A stretch of 64,000 nt of DNA from Mobula hypostoma (Eukaryota), in contig NC_086097.1 in the NCBI RefSeq assembly GCF_963921235.1, positions 241,740,001 through 241,804,000 on the forward strand, written 5' to 3'. Position numbers and translations under genes: made by a program. This document shows positions 23,786 through 35,337 of this stretch, piece after piece. Every line of letters begins with the position of its first letter. Within the stretch, counting starts at the first letter, position 1. The notes below the pieces were generated by a model. That model searched no databases, had not been told where the DNA came from, and saw only the letters and a program-made list of their open reading frames with translations.

Positions 23786-24720
23786 CTTGGCCTTCACAGC
23801 CACCTGTGGCAATGAATTCCATGGATTCACCATGGATTCCTCCTCATCTCTGTTCTCAATGGATTCTATTCTGAGGCTGTGCCTTCTAGTCATAGACTCA
23901 TTGATGCACTATCAATTACTCCAAAAGACTGGAAGTAGAGTATACACTGAAAGGCTTTTATTCGCAGTAAAATGTGACCTCGACCATGCTGAGTGTCTGC
24001 CCCTGGACTGAAAGGAGGAGCAATGGCACAGTCGCCTTTATTCAGGGGTCTGTGGGAGGAGCCACAGGGGCAGTCAGCAGAGGGGCGCGCCCAGACAGGT
24101 AACCCAGTTACAACATATATATATGGTTTACCACACTCACCCACTACAGGAAACACCTTACCCATGTACACTCTACAAATTCTTTCAATATTTGATAGGT
24201 TTCAATGAGATCCCCCCTCATTCTTCTAAACACCCGCAAGTACAGACCTCGAGCCATCAAACGCACATCATACGTGAACCCTTTCATTCCTGGGATCATT
24301 CACATGAACCTCCTGTGGACCCTCTCCAATGAAAGCATGTCCTGCAGTCTGTAGGACCTTAAGGCAGAGGAACTGAATTAGGCCATTCAGCCCATTGAGT
24401 CTGCTCTGCCATTCCATCTCATGGCTGATTTATTATCTCACTCAACCCCTTTCCCCTGCCTTCTCCCCATAACCTTTAACACCCTGACTAGTCAGGAACC
24501 TATCAAGCTCTGCTTTAACTGTACTTAAAGACTTGGCCTCCACAGCCACCTGTGGCAATGAATTCCACAGATGCACTACCCTCCAGCTAAAGAAGTTCCT
24601 CATCTCTGTTCTAAATGCAGGTCCCTCTATTCTGAAGCTGTGCCCTCTTGTGCTAGACTCACCCACTATAGGAAACATCCTCTCCGCATCCATTTTATCT
24701 AGGCCTTTCAATATTTGATG
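23786..24720 (-). mobile_element. Two adjacent CR1 family C 3' fragments
   Basis: ORF 24442-24711 (KGLDKMDAERMFP..TRGHSFRI..FFSWRVV); the first fragment is interrupted by an LTR. Confidence 0.85.
23902..24135 (-). mobile_element. Short (234-bp) solo-LTR-like element
   Basis: TG..CA ends; 5-bp TSD ctcat/ctcac (23897-23901, 24136-24140); AATAAA motifs on the minus strand. Confidence 0.78.
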
Positions 24721-24921
24721 GACTACACTGCAACTTCAACATGAGACTAACCTGATCTACTGACGGTTCACACACTTTCCAACAGTTGTAGCTCCCGAAA
24801 ACACGGGAGTCAAATTTACATTTTCTGTTTTCCCTCTTCCTAAACCCAGATTAGCGAAGGATGAGCAATGACCACTCAAGCTATCATCAGCTGACTAAGG
24901 TGAAACAATATTGGTCTAGAC

Positions 24922-24981
24922 CAGGGGTTCCCAACCTGGGGCCCACGAACCCCTTGTTTAATGGTACTGTATTGGTCCATG
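24922..24981. mobile_element. Truncated hAT (Charlie-like) MITE
   Basis: caggggttcccaacc terminus preceded by gtctagac (nTCTAGAn-type site); same family at 3380-3439 and 51560-51639. Confidence 0.7.
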
Positions 24982-25344
24982 GGGTGTATGGGGAGTCAAG
25001 GAGGGGTAGCGCCTCTGGTGGGGGAACATGTCGCGTCCTTTTCAAGGCGGTTAGTCTACCTTTGGTCTCCACCTGGCACTCAGCTCTCACCTGTGGCTCC
25101 CCATAGCTGTTTGCATGCGACAGCGGCCACACCCCGGGCAACGGCTTCGACAAGCCGGCTAAACCAGGTGAGGGTAGCCGACGGGTCTCAAACCCTTGGT
25201 GAGACAGGGAGTTGTCTATCCCAGCATGTGAAGACAGACTCCGGCAGATTGAGCGTACGAGACCAATGGAAGGTCCAACGGTCAAGAAGGCGGTCTCTGC
25301 AAGCGTCGTAGAACGTGTAGAGCAGGACAAGACACAGAAGTCCT

Positions 25345-25922
25345 CCTGAAGTCAACAACCATCTCTTTTGTTTTGTTCACATTCAGAGACAGATTGTTGG
25401 CTCCGCACCAGTCCGTTAGCCACTGCACCTCCTCTCTATATGCTGATGAGACCCACCACGGTCATTCTTGCTGATGAGACCCACCACGGTCGTGTCATTG
25501 GCAAACTTGATGATGTGGTTTGAGCTGTGTGTTGCAGCACAGTCGTGGGTCAGCAGAGTGAACAGCAGTGGACTGAGCACACAGCCCTGGGGAGGCCCCG
25601 TGCTCAGCGTGATGGTATTGGAGATGTTGCTTCCAATCCGGACTGACTGAGGTCTCCCAGTCAGGAAGTCTAGGATCCAGTTGCAGAGGGAGGTGTTCAG
25701 GCCCAGCAGTTTCAGCTTTCCAATCAGGTGTTGAGGAATGATTGTGTTGAATGCTGAACTGAAGTCTATGAACAGCATTCGAACATACGTGTCTTTTTTG
25801 TCCAGGTGGAGAGTGATGGCAATGGCGTCGTCTGTTGAACATTTGGGACGGTACGCGAACTGCAGGGGATCCAGTGAGGGGGGCAGCAGGGTCTTGATGT
25901 GCCTCATGACCAACCTCTCGAA
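25345..25922 (-). mobile_element. Rex1/Babar RT fragment
   Basis: [41 protein letters not shown]. Confidence 0.92.
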
Positions 25923-26519
25923 ATAAATTCAGTTTGGCTAAACCGATACCTACACTATATTTTGGGTCCATTGATCTACCCGAAAACAAGGCGAAGAAAT
26001 GCCTGATTTTATTTTCTGAGGAGGTAGAGTATGGGTACACCATTGTGGCCCAGTGAGTCCATGCTGGCTCTCAAAGCAATCCTGTCGGTCTTACTTACCT
26101 GCAGCCTCTTCTTTCTGACATCTCTATCAATAACCCTTTGAACATTCTTCAATTACTGACCATGTTTCATGTGCCACGTCAGCCTCTACAGTTCAAAATG
26201 TCAAATTACATCTCATGGCCAGACTGTGAAGTTCGTAACTCTTCGTAGAAGGCTAATTATTCCCACATAAGTATCACTTTCAGGTATATATTTTGAACCG
26301 GGCTATTTTGAGGATTGTTGGAATTTTCTGTGGATTTTATCTTGATTTGTAATTGCACCTTTTAAGTCTATTGTGGTCACGGGTGTTTCATTATTACTGC
26401 AGTATATCCATGAAGCAAGCACGGTCTGGTGCAATTAATGAAACATGCTAATATTACTCATAAATATGCCATTGCTAATATTTCAGTTGTCAGAATGTAA
26501 TGATAGTTGCCTGGGGCGT

Positions 26520-27095
26520 TGAGAAGAAAGGAATATGTAGCAGGCTGAACTTGTAGCACAGTTACAGATTGGCATGTACGATGCTGTGGGCATCAGAGAA
26601 TCGTGGCTGAAAGATTATAACTTGGAGTTTAATGTCCAAGGATACACATTGTATCGAAAGGATGGGCAGGTAGGCTTGGGGGTTGGGATGGCTCTGCTGG
26701 TAAAAAAAATAAAATTAAATCATTAGCAAGAAGTAACATAGGACTGGATGATATTGAATTGTAGTGGATAGAGCTAAGGAACTGCAAGGGCAAAAGACCC
26801 TGATGGGAGTTGTATACAGACCTCCACAAAAAGTTGTAAAGATGTGGTCTACAAATTACAATGGGAGAAAGAAAATGCATATCAAAAAGCAATGTTACAA
26901 TAGTCATGGGGATTCCAATATGTTGGCAGGTTGGGAAAATCAGGTTGGTGCTGGATCCCAAGAGGGAGAACTGAGATGACTTTTTAGAGCATGACCGAGC
27001 CCACAAGGTGATCAGCTATTCTGGATTAGGTATTATGCAATGAACCAGAATTGATTAGAGAGCTTAAGGTAAAGGAACTCTTAGAAGCCAGTGAT
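26520..27095 (+). mobile_element. Degenerate CR1 endonuclease fragment
   Basis: Hand translation AVGIRESWLK..NVQGYTLYRKD; TLMGVVYRPP; ..VKELLEASD. Confidence 0.7.
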
Positions 27096-27312
27096 CAGAC
27101 GGATGGTGGAACGGCTGGCCCTCTGGTGTGGTCAGAACAATCTGGAGCTAAATACACTCAAGACTATGGAGATGACAGTGAACTTCAGGAGGAGCCCCCC
27201 CAATACTCCCCCCACTCACTATACTACATCTACATCTTATGGTCTTATAGCCTTATAGCTGGAATTTTGTTTAATGATATTAAATAACAAAATCATGATT
27301 AGAAATACATAG

Positions 27313-27843
27313 ACCGAAAGAAGCTGCAGAAGATCGTGAACACGGCACAGCACATCACACAAACTAATCTTCCGTCCTTGGACTCACTTTACATCGCACG
27401 CTGTCGGAGCAGTGCTGCCAGGATAATCAAGGACACGACCCTCCCAGCCAACAGACTTTTCATCCCTCTTCCTTCCGGGAGAAGGTTCAGGAGCTTGAAG
27501 ACTCATACGGCCAGATTTGGGAACAGCTTCTTTCCAACCGTGATAAGACTGCTGAACGGATCCTGAGCCAGATCTGGGCCGTACCCTCCAAATATCCAGA
27601 CCTGCCTCTCGGTTTTTTTGCACTACCTTACTTCCCATTTTTCTACTTTCTATTTATGATTTATAATTTAAGATTTTAATATTTACTAATTTTAACTATT
27701 TTTAATATCTTTAATATATAATATTTGTAATCCAGGGAGTATGAAGCGCAGAATCAAATATCGCTGTGATGATTGTATGGTCTAGTACCAATTGTTTGGT
27801 GACAATAAAGTATAAAGTATAAAAATATAAAGTATAAAGTATA
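27313..27843 (+). mobile_element. Rex1/Babar young family 3' fragment
   Basis: ORF 27336-27566 (IIKDTTLPANRLFIPLPSGRRFRSL..FGNSFFP); (TATAAAG)n tail. Confidence 0.9.
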
Positions 27844-28027
27844 ATTAGATGCCCTCAGCTAAAATGTTAGCATGCTTTGACTTTTCCCTTGACCTTTCAT
27901 TGTATATGTGTGTGTGGGAAATATACTGTATATAAACTTATTTCTTATGATTTAAAGTGTTCGATTTAAATATTATGCACTTAAAAACATTTGATGAAAG
28001 AACAGAGGTTTCCAGCTATGATTTATA

Positions 28028-28452
28028 TTACTTTATACTTTATCATTGCCAAACAATTGATACTAGAACCATCACAGCGATATTTGATTCTGCACTTTGT
28101 GCTCCCTGGAGTACAAATCAATAGTAAATACTAAAAATTTAAATTATAAAACATAAATAGAAAATAGAAAAGGGAAAGTAAGGTAGTGCAAAAAAACCGA
28201 GAGGCAGGTCTGGATATTTGGAGGGTACAGCCCAGATCCAGGTCAGGATCCGTTCAGCAGTCTTATCACAGTTGGAAAGAAGCTGTTCCCAAATCTGGCC
28301 GTACGAGTCTTCAAGCTCCTGAGCCTTCTCCCGGAGGGAAGAGGGATGAAAAGTGTGTTGGCTGGGTGGGTCGTGTCCTTGATTATCCTGGCAGCACTGC
28401 TCCGACAGCGTGCAGTGTAAAGTGAGTACAAGGACGGAAGATTGGTTTGTGT
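28028..28452 (-). mobile_element. Rex1/Babar, same family, opposite orientation
   Basis: ORF 28243-28548 shares the same C-terminal peptide. Confidence 0.9.
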
Positions 28453-28944
28453 ATCTATTAATTGTCCCCGGACCAGATGATGCTTGTTTCTTGGGTAATT
28501 CGCAGTAATTAAATGCCTGTGGTTAGAGACGTGAAAGTCAGATCCCATTATCAGCGGAAGTGCAAGGAAACCCTTAATACATCACATTTGAACTCTACCA
28601 CATGTATAAAATGTTCTGGAAGGTAAATTCATTTTAAATTTATTTTCCCTCTTAAGAAACAAAAATAAACCCAAAATATAATCATTTTGGATTGGTTAAT
28701 TTGTTCAAATTGCATCTTCTGATGTGTAGGATTTCCAGAACTGAGCAAAGTACTGAAGGGAGAGTGAATGGCCTCCTCTTTTCGTACCTTTACCTGTTAT
28801 TTCTTGCAGATGATAGATTTTAACAATGTGACTGAATATTTTTCTTTTTTGCATAGCAAATATTTCACGCCTGTCATCGTGAAATATTAACAGAAATATG
28901 TTAGAAACTATTATATTTCAGAAGATGCATATTGAATAGGAATA

Positions 28945-29190
28945 GGGCACCACAGTAGCATAGCGGTTACCATGACGCTATTATAGCTCAGGGTGTTGGA
29001 GTTCAGAGTTCAATTCCAGTTTGGCCTGTAAGGAATTTGTGAGGGTTTCCTCCAGGTGCTCCAGTTTCCTCCCACTGTCCAAAGATGTAAATATTAGTGA
29101 GCTCATTGGTCATTGTAAATTGTCCTGTGATTAGGCTGGGTTAAGTAGGTCGGCAGCTGGGAGCAGCAGCTTGTTGGGCCAGAAGCTGTA
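28945..29190 (+). mobile_element. V-SINE
   Basis: gggcaccacagtagcatagcgg head; gggtttcctccaggtgctccagtttcctccca. Confidence 0.8.
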
Positions 29191-30934
29191 AATGTTGTTT
29201 TAATATAATTTACTGTGGGGTGTGCAGCGAGGGGTAGCACCTCTAGTGAAGGGGCTCCATTCTGGAGTATCTCACTCACCTTTGGTCCCCGCTGGTCACT
29301 CAGGTCTCACCTGTGGCTCCAAGTAGCTGTTTGCTTGAGAAAGCAGCTAAACCCCAGAACTCTGCTTTGACAGGCAGTCTGAACCAGGTGAGAGTAGCAG
29401 ACGGGCCACACTCCCCGGTGAGATACCTGTCCTTGGACGCAAAGTCAGATCTGGCGGACTGGGTGGATGAGATCCACAGTGAGATCTAATGGTCAGGAAA
29501 GCAGTTCTACAACGCTTTGTGAAGAGGGAAGGACATGACAAGCCACAGAAGAAGCCATGGTCACCTACTGTTGCCTTGGAAGAGCCCAGTTTGTGATGGC
29601 TACTCTTACCACTGGACCCAGACATCTGAGGTTCAGAGAGTTGAACTGCCCCAATGACTGGCTTTTCCACTTTAAAAACCGTCCCGCACAGATTTCCTGT
29701 CATCATTGGGCACGATGGACAACCAATCATCACTTGGGCAGCTAAAATCATCAGCACTCATTACCACGAAGTCACACGAGCAAAAGCAAGTTTGATATTA
29801 GAAATCCTAATATGAGATATGGGGACTTTTTAAAGATTTTATTCAGTGCTGTTATGCTGCTGGCATTTAGGGCAGCATGTTTCTGTAATAAATCTTTTGA
29901 CCAGTCAGGGTTGTCAGCCCTGAACTGAACCTCCGAACCTGGAGGAACTGTGGACCACTCTTAGTCTGGCCTCTAGCCTTTGACCTGTTGGTATGGGTGA
30001 CCCTACCTACAGTCAAAGCACAAGGCCCCGACTCCAGTCAACACAGCTCTCCAGTCATTAAGGCACGTAACAACAAGGTTGTGGTCTTCTTGGAGGACTT
30101 GTTGAGAGAAGTATATTGATGGCAAAGATATGGAGAGTGTCGAAGAATTTCCCCTATTTTACCGTAAGAAAATTTACCCCGTTATCAAACAACAGTAAAG
30201 ACACAGACCTCAGTATTAGGTAAACCCTTTAATTCGTGACCACAGGGAGCCATTGTCTTACGACTCCGGCAATGTCAGGTTACGTCTGAAATTTATACAG
30301 TAAATTTTGGGCAATAGCCAACAGCTAGATATACTTCGTCAGTGATGTGAAAAAGCACTTGTTAGGTCTCAGCCAGTTCACAAATGTTCCCGTGCAATAC
30401 CCAAAATTAGAACTGCGTGTCCACAGTTAGGTCCTGTATTAGCTAAATAGTCTCAGACAAAGTTTAACAATACTTCATTACTGGCATGATCTATTGCCAG
30501 CTACTGCTAGCTAGCACGAGCAAGGCAGCGTCTCTGTCTTATACTGTCACCCTCATGACCTAAGTCTTGAGCAATTCTTCAGGAGTCAAGCTTGACAACA
30601 AAATTTAATTTTTCTCTTAATTTTTCTTAGAGGGCTATTTTACATGGAAGGCAATGATCTAGGTGCTGGTCAATGGGACTAGGCTAAATTATAGCATGGG
30701 CTAGATGGGACAAAGGGCCTGTTTGCTCACTATCGTGCTCTATGACTCTATGACAAACACAATTCCAGTTGCACCACTCTTAAATGCATCTGAAGTGACC
30801 ACACTGAAGCTATCAGACGGACAAGAAAAAGGAAGCTTTGGCAGCAATGCACTGTTCCTGAAATATAAACCTAGACCAACTCCGTGGCTTCGTCAAACTC
30901 AGTCTTGCAGTATTCAAATGTTGCAAATCTATAA

Positions 30935-33010
30935 AGTCTATAATAGGTCAATGGCAGGTGCAATCTCAATGGCTCTCCACACGGCTTTAGACCACCTGGA
31001 CAACCCAGACACCTATGTCAGGATGCTGTTCATCAACTATAGCTCAGCATGTAATACCATCCTGATTGAGAAGTTGCAGAACCTGGGCCTCTGTACCTCC
31101 CTCTGCAATAGGATCCTCTACTTTCTAACCGGAAGACCACAATCTGTGCAGATTGGTGATAACATCTCCTCATCGCTGACGATCAACACTGGTGCATCTC
31201 AGGGATGTGTGCTTAGCCCACTGCTCTACTCTCTATATACACATGACTGTGTGGCTAGGCATAGCTCAAATACCATCCATAAACTGGCTGATGATACAAC
31301 CATTGTTGGTAAAATCTCAGATGGTGATGAGAGGGCGTACAGGAGTGAGATATGCCAACTAGTGGAGTGGTGTCGCAGCAACAAACCGGCACTCAACATC
31401 AATAAGACGAAAGAGCTGATTGTGGACTTCAGGAAGGGTAAGATGAAGGATCACTTACCAATCCTCACAGAGGGATCAGAAGTGGACAGTGTGAGCAGTA
31501 TCAATATAGGCAAGACAGCGGCTATACTTTATTAGGAGTTTGAAGAGATTTGGCAAGTCAACAAATACACTCAAAAACTTATATAGTTGTACTGTGGAGA
31601 GCATTCTGACAGGCTGCATCACTGTCTGGTATGGAGGGGCTACTGCAAAGGACCGAAAGAAGCTGCAGAGGGTTGTAAATCTAGTCAGCTCTATCTTGGG
31701 TACTCGCCTACAAAGTACCCAGGACATCTTTAGGAAGCAGTGTCTCAGAAAGGCAGCGTCCATTATTAAGGACCTCCAGCACCCAGGGCATGCCCTTTTC
31801 TCACTGCTACCATCAGGTAGGAGGTACAGAAGCCTGAAGGCACACACTCAGCGATTCAGGAACAGCTTCTTCCCCTCTGCCATCCAATTTCTAAATGGGC
31901 ATTGAATCTTTGGACACTACCTCACTCTTTTTAATATACAGTATTTCTGTTTTTGCACTTTTTAAAAATCTATTGTGACAAGAATACACATAGATTAAGA
32001 TGTAGCTGTCCTGTGCTGGCACCAGTGGGATCAGCAGTTGTCTGCCACCTGTCTTCAGGAGAGAGAGAGATAAGGAAAACAATGGAGCAGCATTTGGAGA
32101 TGTTAATGAAGGGACGGGAGAGAGAGTAACAGAAGGACAGAGCTGTCAAGATCGGCTCCCTCTTTGAACCCTGAACTGTTTGAAGTGATGGACAGGCGAT
32201 ACCCCAGCAGGGGGATAAAAAGGGACAGGTTCGCTAAGGCAGGACACACACGATACCCGAGGTAACGAGACCCTGGAAGCGATGCGTCTCTCACAAGTCG
32301 GTGGGAAGTACCGGGCCATAAACGCACAGGGTGGAAAGGCACGATCGGTGGGAACCTGGTGTGTGTCCACCCTTGCCTGGGTGCTGGGTTCACCGCAGGG
32401 AAACGATCGTATCTGGAAACGGAGGGGTCACGGTCGGTGACCTCAGATGACATCACAAAGGGCTCGCACGAAAGCTGACTGCGAAGGTCTGTGTGGAAGC
32501 CATTTTGAATATTCATTCGTTTTTGCTCTCTCTCTCCTTCCCCCACACTGTCCATCTCCCATGGCCGCGATTACTGCGAACTGAACTGAACTAAATTAAA
32601 CTGAACTTTGCGTCACTTTGAAACTGGTCATTTACCCCTAGACAACGATAGAGCTTGATTGATCCTGTTATCTTAATTCTGTGTACATGTGTGTTTATCA
32701 TTGCTGAACTGTTGCATTTATTATCCTTTTGATTAGAGTACTGTGTTGCTTGTTTCTTTAATAAAACTTCCTTAGTTCTAGTAATCCAGACTCCAACTGA
32801 GTGATCCATTTCTGCTGGTTTGGCAACCCAGTTACGGGGTATGTAACACTATTCAATATACATATACTGTAATTGATTTACTTGTTTAATTTTTATTATT
32901 ATTATTAGTATTTTTTTCTCTGCTGAATTATGTATTGCATTGAACTGCTGCTGCTAAGTTAACAAATTTCATGTCACATGCCGGTGATAATAAACCTGAT
33001 TCTGATTCTG
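30935..33010 (+). mobile_element. Rex1/Babar RT plus 3' end, with an internal deletion near 31500 and an LTR in its 3' UTR
   Basis: [43 protein letters not shown]; (GATTCT)n tail at 32998-33010. Confidence 0.92.
31974..32848 (+). mobile_element. Solo LTR (875 bp), perfect 4-bp TSD CTAT
   Basis: TGTGACA..TGTAACA ends; TSD at 31970-31973 and 32849-32852; TATA-like gataaaaa near 32215; AATAAA near 32760. Confidence 0.9.
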
Positions 33011-33149
33011 AAAAGTCCAGGTGGAGCACACTCAGACTACTGTGACATATATGTACTTTATATACAGAGTCATAGAGAAGTATATCACAGAAAAAGGCCT
33101 TCAGCCCATCTGGTCCATTTCTAAATGTAGAAAAGCATGACAGTGCCTC

Positions 33150-34430
33150 TACTTTCAGCATGACATCTAAATCTTTGACAAACTGCTATAGATGGGTGGT
33201 GGAAAGTATATTGACTGGTTGCATCATAGCCTGGTATGGAAGCACCAACGCCCTTGAACAGAAAATCCTACGAAAAGTAATGGATATGACCCTGTCTGCC
33301 ATGGGTAAAGCCCTCCCTACCACTGTGCACATCTACACAGAGCGTTGTTGCAGGAAAGTGGCATCCGTCATCAGGGCTCCCCTCCATCCAGGACATGTTC
33401 TCTTCTCACTGCTGCCATTAGGAAGAAGGTACAGGTACTTCAGGACTCACACCACCAGGTTCAGGAGCAGTTATTACCCCTCAGCCACCAAGCTTTTGAA
33501 TTAAAGGCGATAACTTCACTCAACTTCACTTGCTCCATCACTGAGCATCGGCAGGAGGAGAGAGAAGCAGCACGCCACGCGTGTGCAGCCCTCTGGTGAA
33601 AATTGATATCGTATCCGTTAAATAGGGGCCGTGGACAATTCTGATTTGATGGAGATGGACGTGAAAGCACAGAGGAACATCTGGAAAAATTTCTGAAACG
33701 CTCGTTCGCTGCTGTCATTACTGCGCGGTCGGGAATCTTTCGGAGGGAAGGCCTCAAAATCCCCGGCTTTGTCTGCTGTTGGCGACCGAGATGGAGGTCG
33801 AATTGTTCAGACAGAGATGGCGCTCAGTATTCGGTGTCGGAGAGCTGATCAGAGCTCAAAGTTTTCGGATGACTCAGAGTCGGACTGTGGTCGGACATGG
33901 CAGGGAAAGTTTTTCTTCCTTCTCCCGTCTGCAAGAGATGTGGGACATTTGAGAGACTTTGAACTTTTACTGTGCTCATGGACTTCTTCATCAAGTTATG
34001 GTATTGTTGCACTGTTGTAATATGTTATAATTATGTGTTTTTTTTAGTTTTTTTCAGTCTTGGTCTGTCTTGTGTTTTGTGATATCACACCAAAGGAAAT
34101 ATTGTATCATTTCTTAATGCATGCATTACTAAATGACAATAAAAGAGGACTGCGTGTCTTCATAAACTAAATGTTCCCACAACCTATGGACTCACTTTCA
34201 AGGACTCTTCATCTCATGTTTTTGATATATATCGCTTATTTATTATTATTATTTCTTTGTTTTTGTATTTGAAGTTTGTTGTCTTTTGCACACTGATTGA
34301 ACGCCCAAGTTGGTGAATCATTGATTCTATTATGGATATTATCCTATTCTGGATTTGTTGAATATGTCTGCAACAAATGAATCTCAAGGTTGTGTATGGT
34401 GACATATGGGTATTTTACTTTGAACTTTTC
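33150..34430 (+). mobile_element. Rex1/Babar 3' fragment interrupted at about 33545-34170
   Basis: ORF 33160-33504 (ESILTGCI..HPGHVLFSLLPLGRRY); 3' UTR resumes about 34170. Confidence 0.85.
33545..34170 (+). mobile_element. Non-coding dispersed repeat (non-autonomous retroelement-like), copy 1
   Basis: End-to-end similar to 42735-43400; ends gcattactaaatgacaataaaagaggactg. Confidence 0.75.
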
Positions 34431-35337
34431 CTGAAGGCAGTAACTAATTATGTGTTTCACTCAACCAACTAACTATGGGTGGTCATGTGACCACCCAGCT
34501 GGTGAGTTCCAGCAAGTTATTTGGTTGCAGTGGTTATTGCAAACAAGTTTAGTACTGTTCTCACTTGATATACACAGCATGTGTTAACGAACGACAATTT
34601 AAAATATGTGTATCCAATGTTACCCTGCCTGTAACCAATTAATTTAGCAGGATGGGAATAATATCTCATGCATGTAATTCAGCTACACCAAGTTTGCCAA
34701 ACGAAACACAGTTAGCATTCAAATTTTGAAGAGCAAAGCTTAAATCGTTTATACTCCGAGAGACTCCCGAGAGCAATGACTCATGCCAGCTTGTTATTCT
34801 CATAATGGATTGTGTTTTTTGACACTCTTACTGTAAACCAACAGGGATGATAGAAATAAGTACGGAGATGAAAGGTTAAAATGATAACTATTACTGAATT
34901 AGCACAATAGTCACCTGGGTATTTCAGCAAAGGATATCAAATCTCAAGTTTTTTTTATATAATGTTATCAACATTACATCTAAAATCTGGGAAGGCATTA
35001 CACCTGGAGGAAATCTGTACAAGAGCGACCTACACTGTGCCGCAGAAAACAAGAGGCAGCTGCGAAAGGAGAGACCCAACCACAAACCACAGAGAGAATG
35101 GAGCAAGCACAACAACTTAAGTCTCAATGTGGACAAGACCAAAGAGACGATTATACCCACAATGCACAAGAATACGCAGATCCCAGATCAGCCTCTGCAG
35201 CCAAGTGAGGACTGACCAATCAGAATCAAAATCAGGTTTAATATCACTGGTATATGTCGTGAAATTTACTAACTGAGCAGCAGCAGTACAATGCAATACG
35301 TGATAAATATAGAGGAAACAGACTGAGTTACATTATA

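Noticed and set aside
30705..31535. 276-aa ORF as a domesticated RT gene
   Set aside because: Starts in a CR1 tail and flanking DNA and runs into a decayed Rex1 RT that has an internal deletion and substitutions in conserved motifs.
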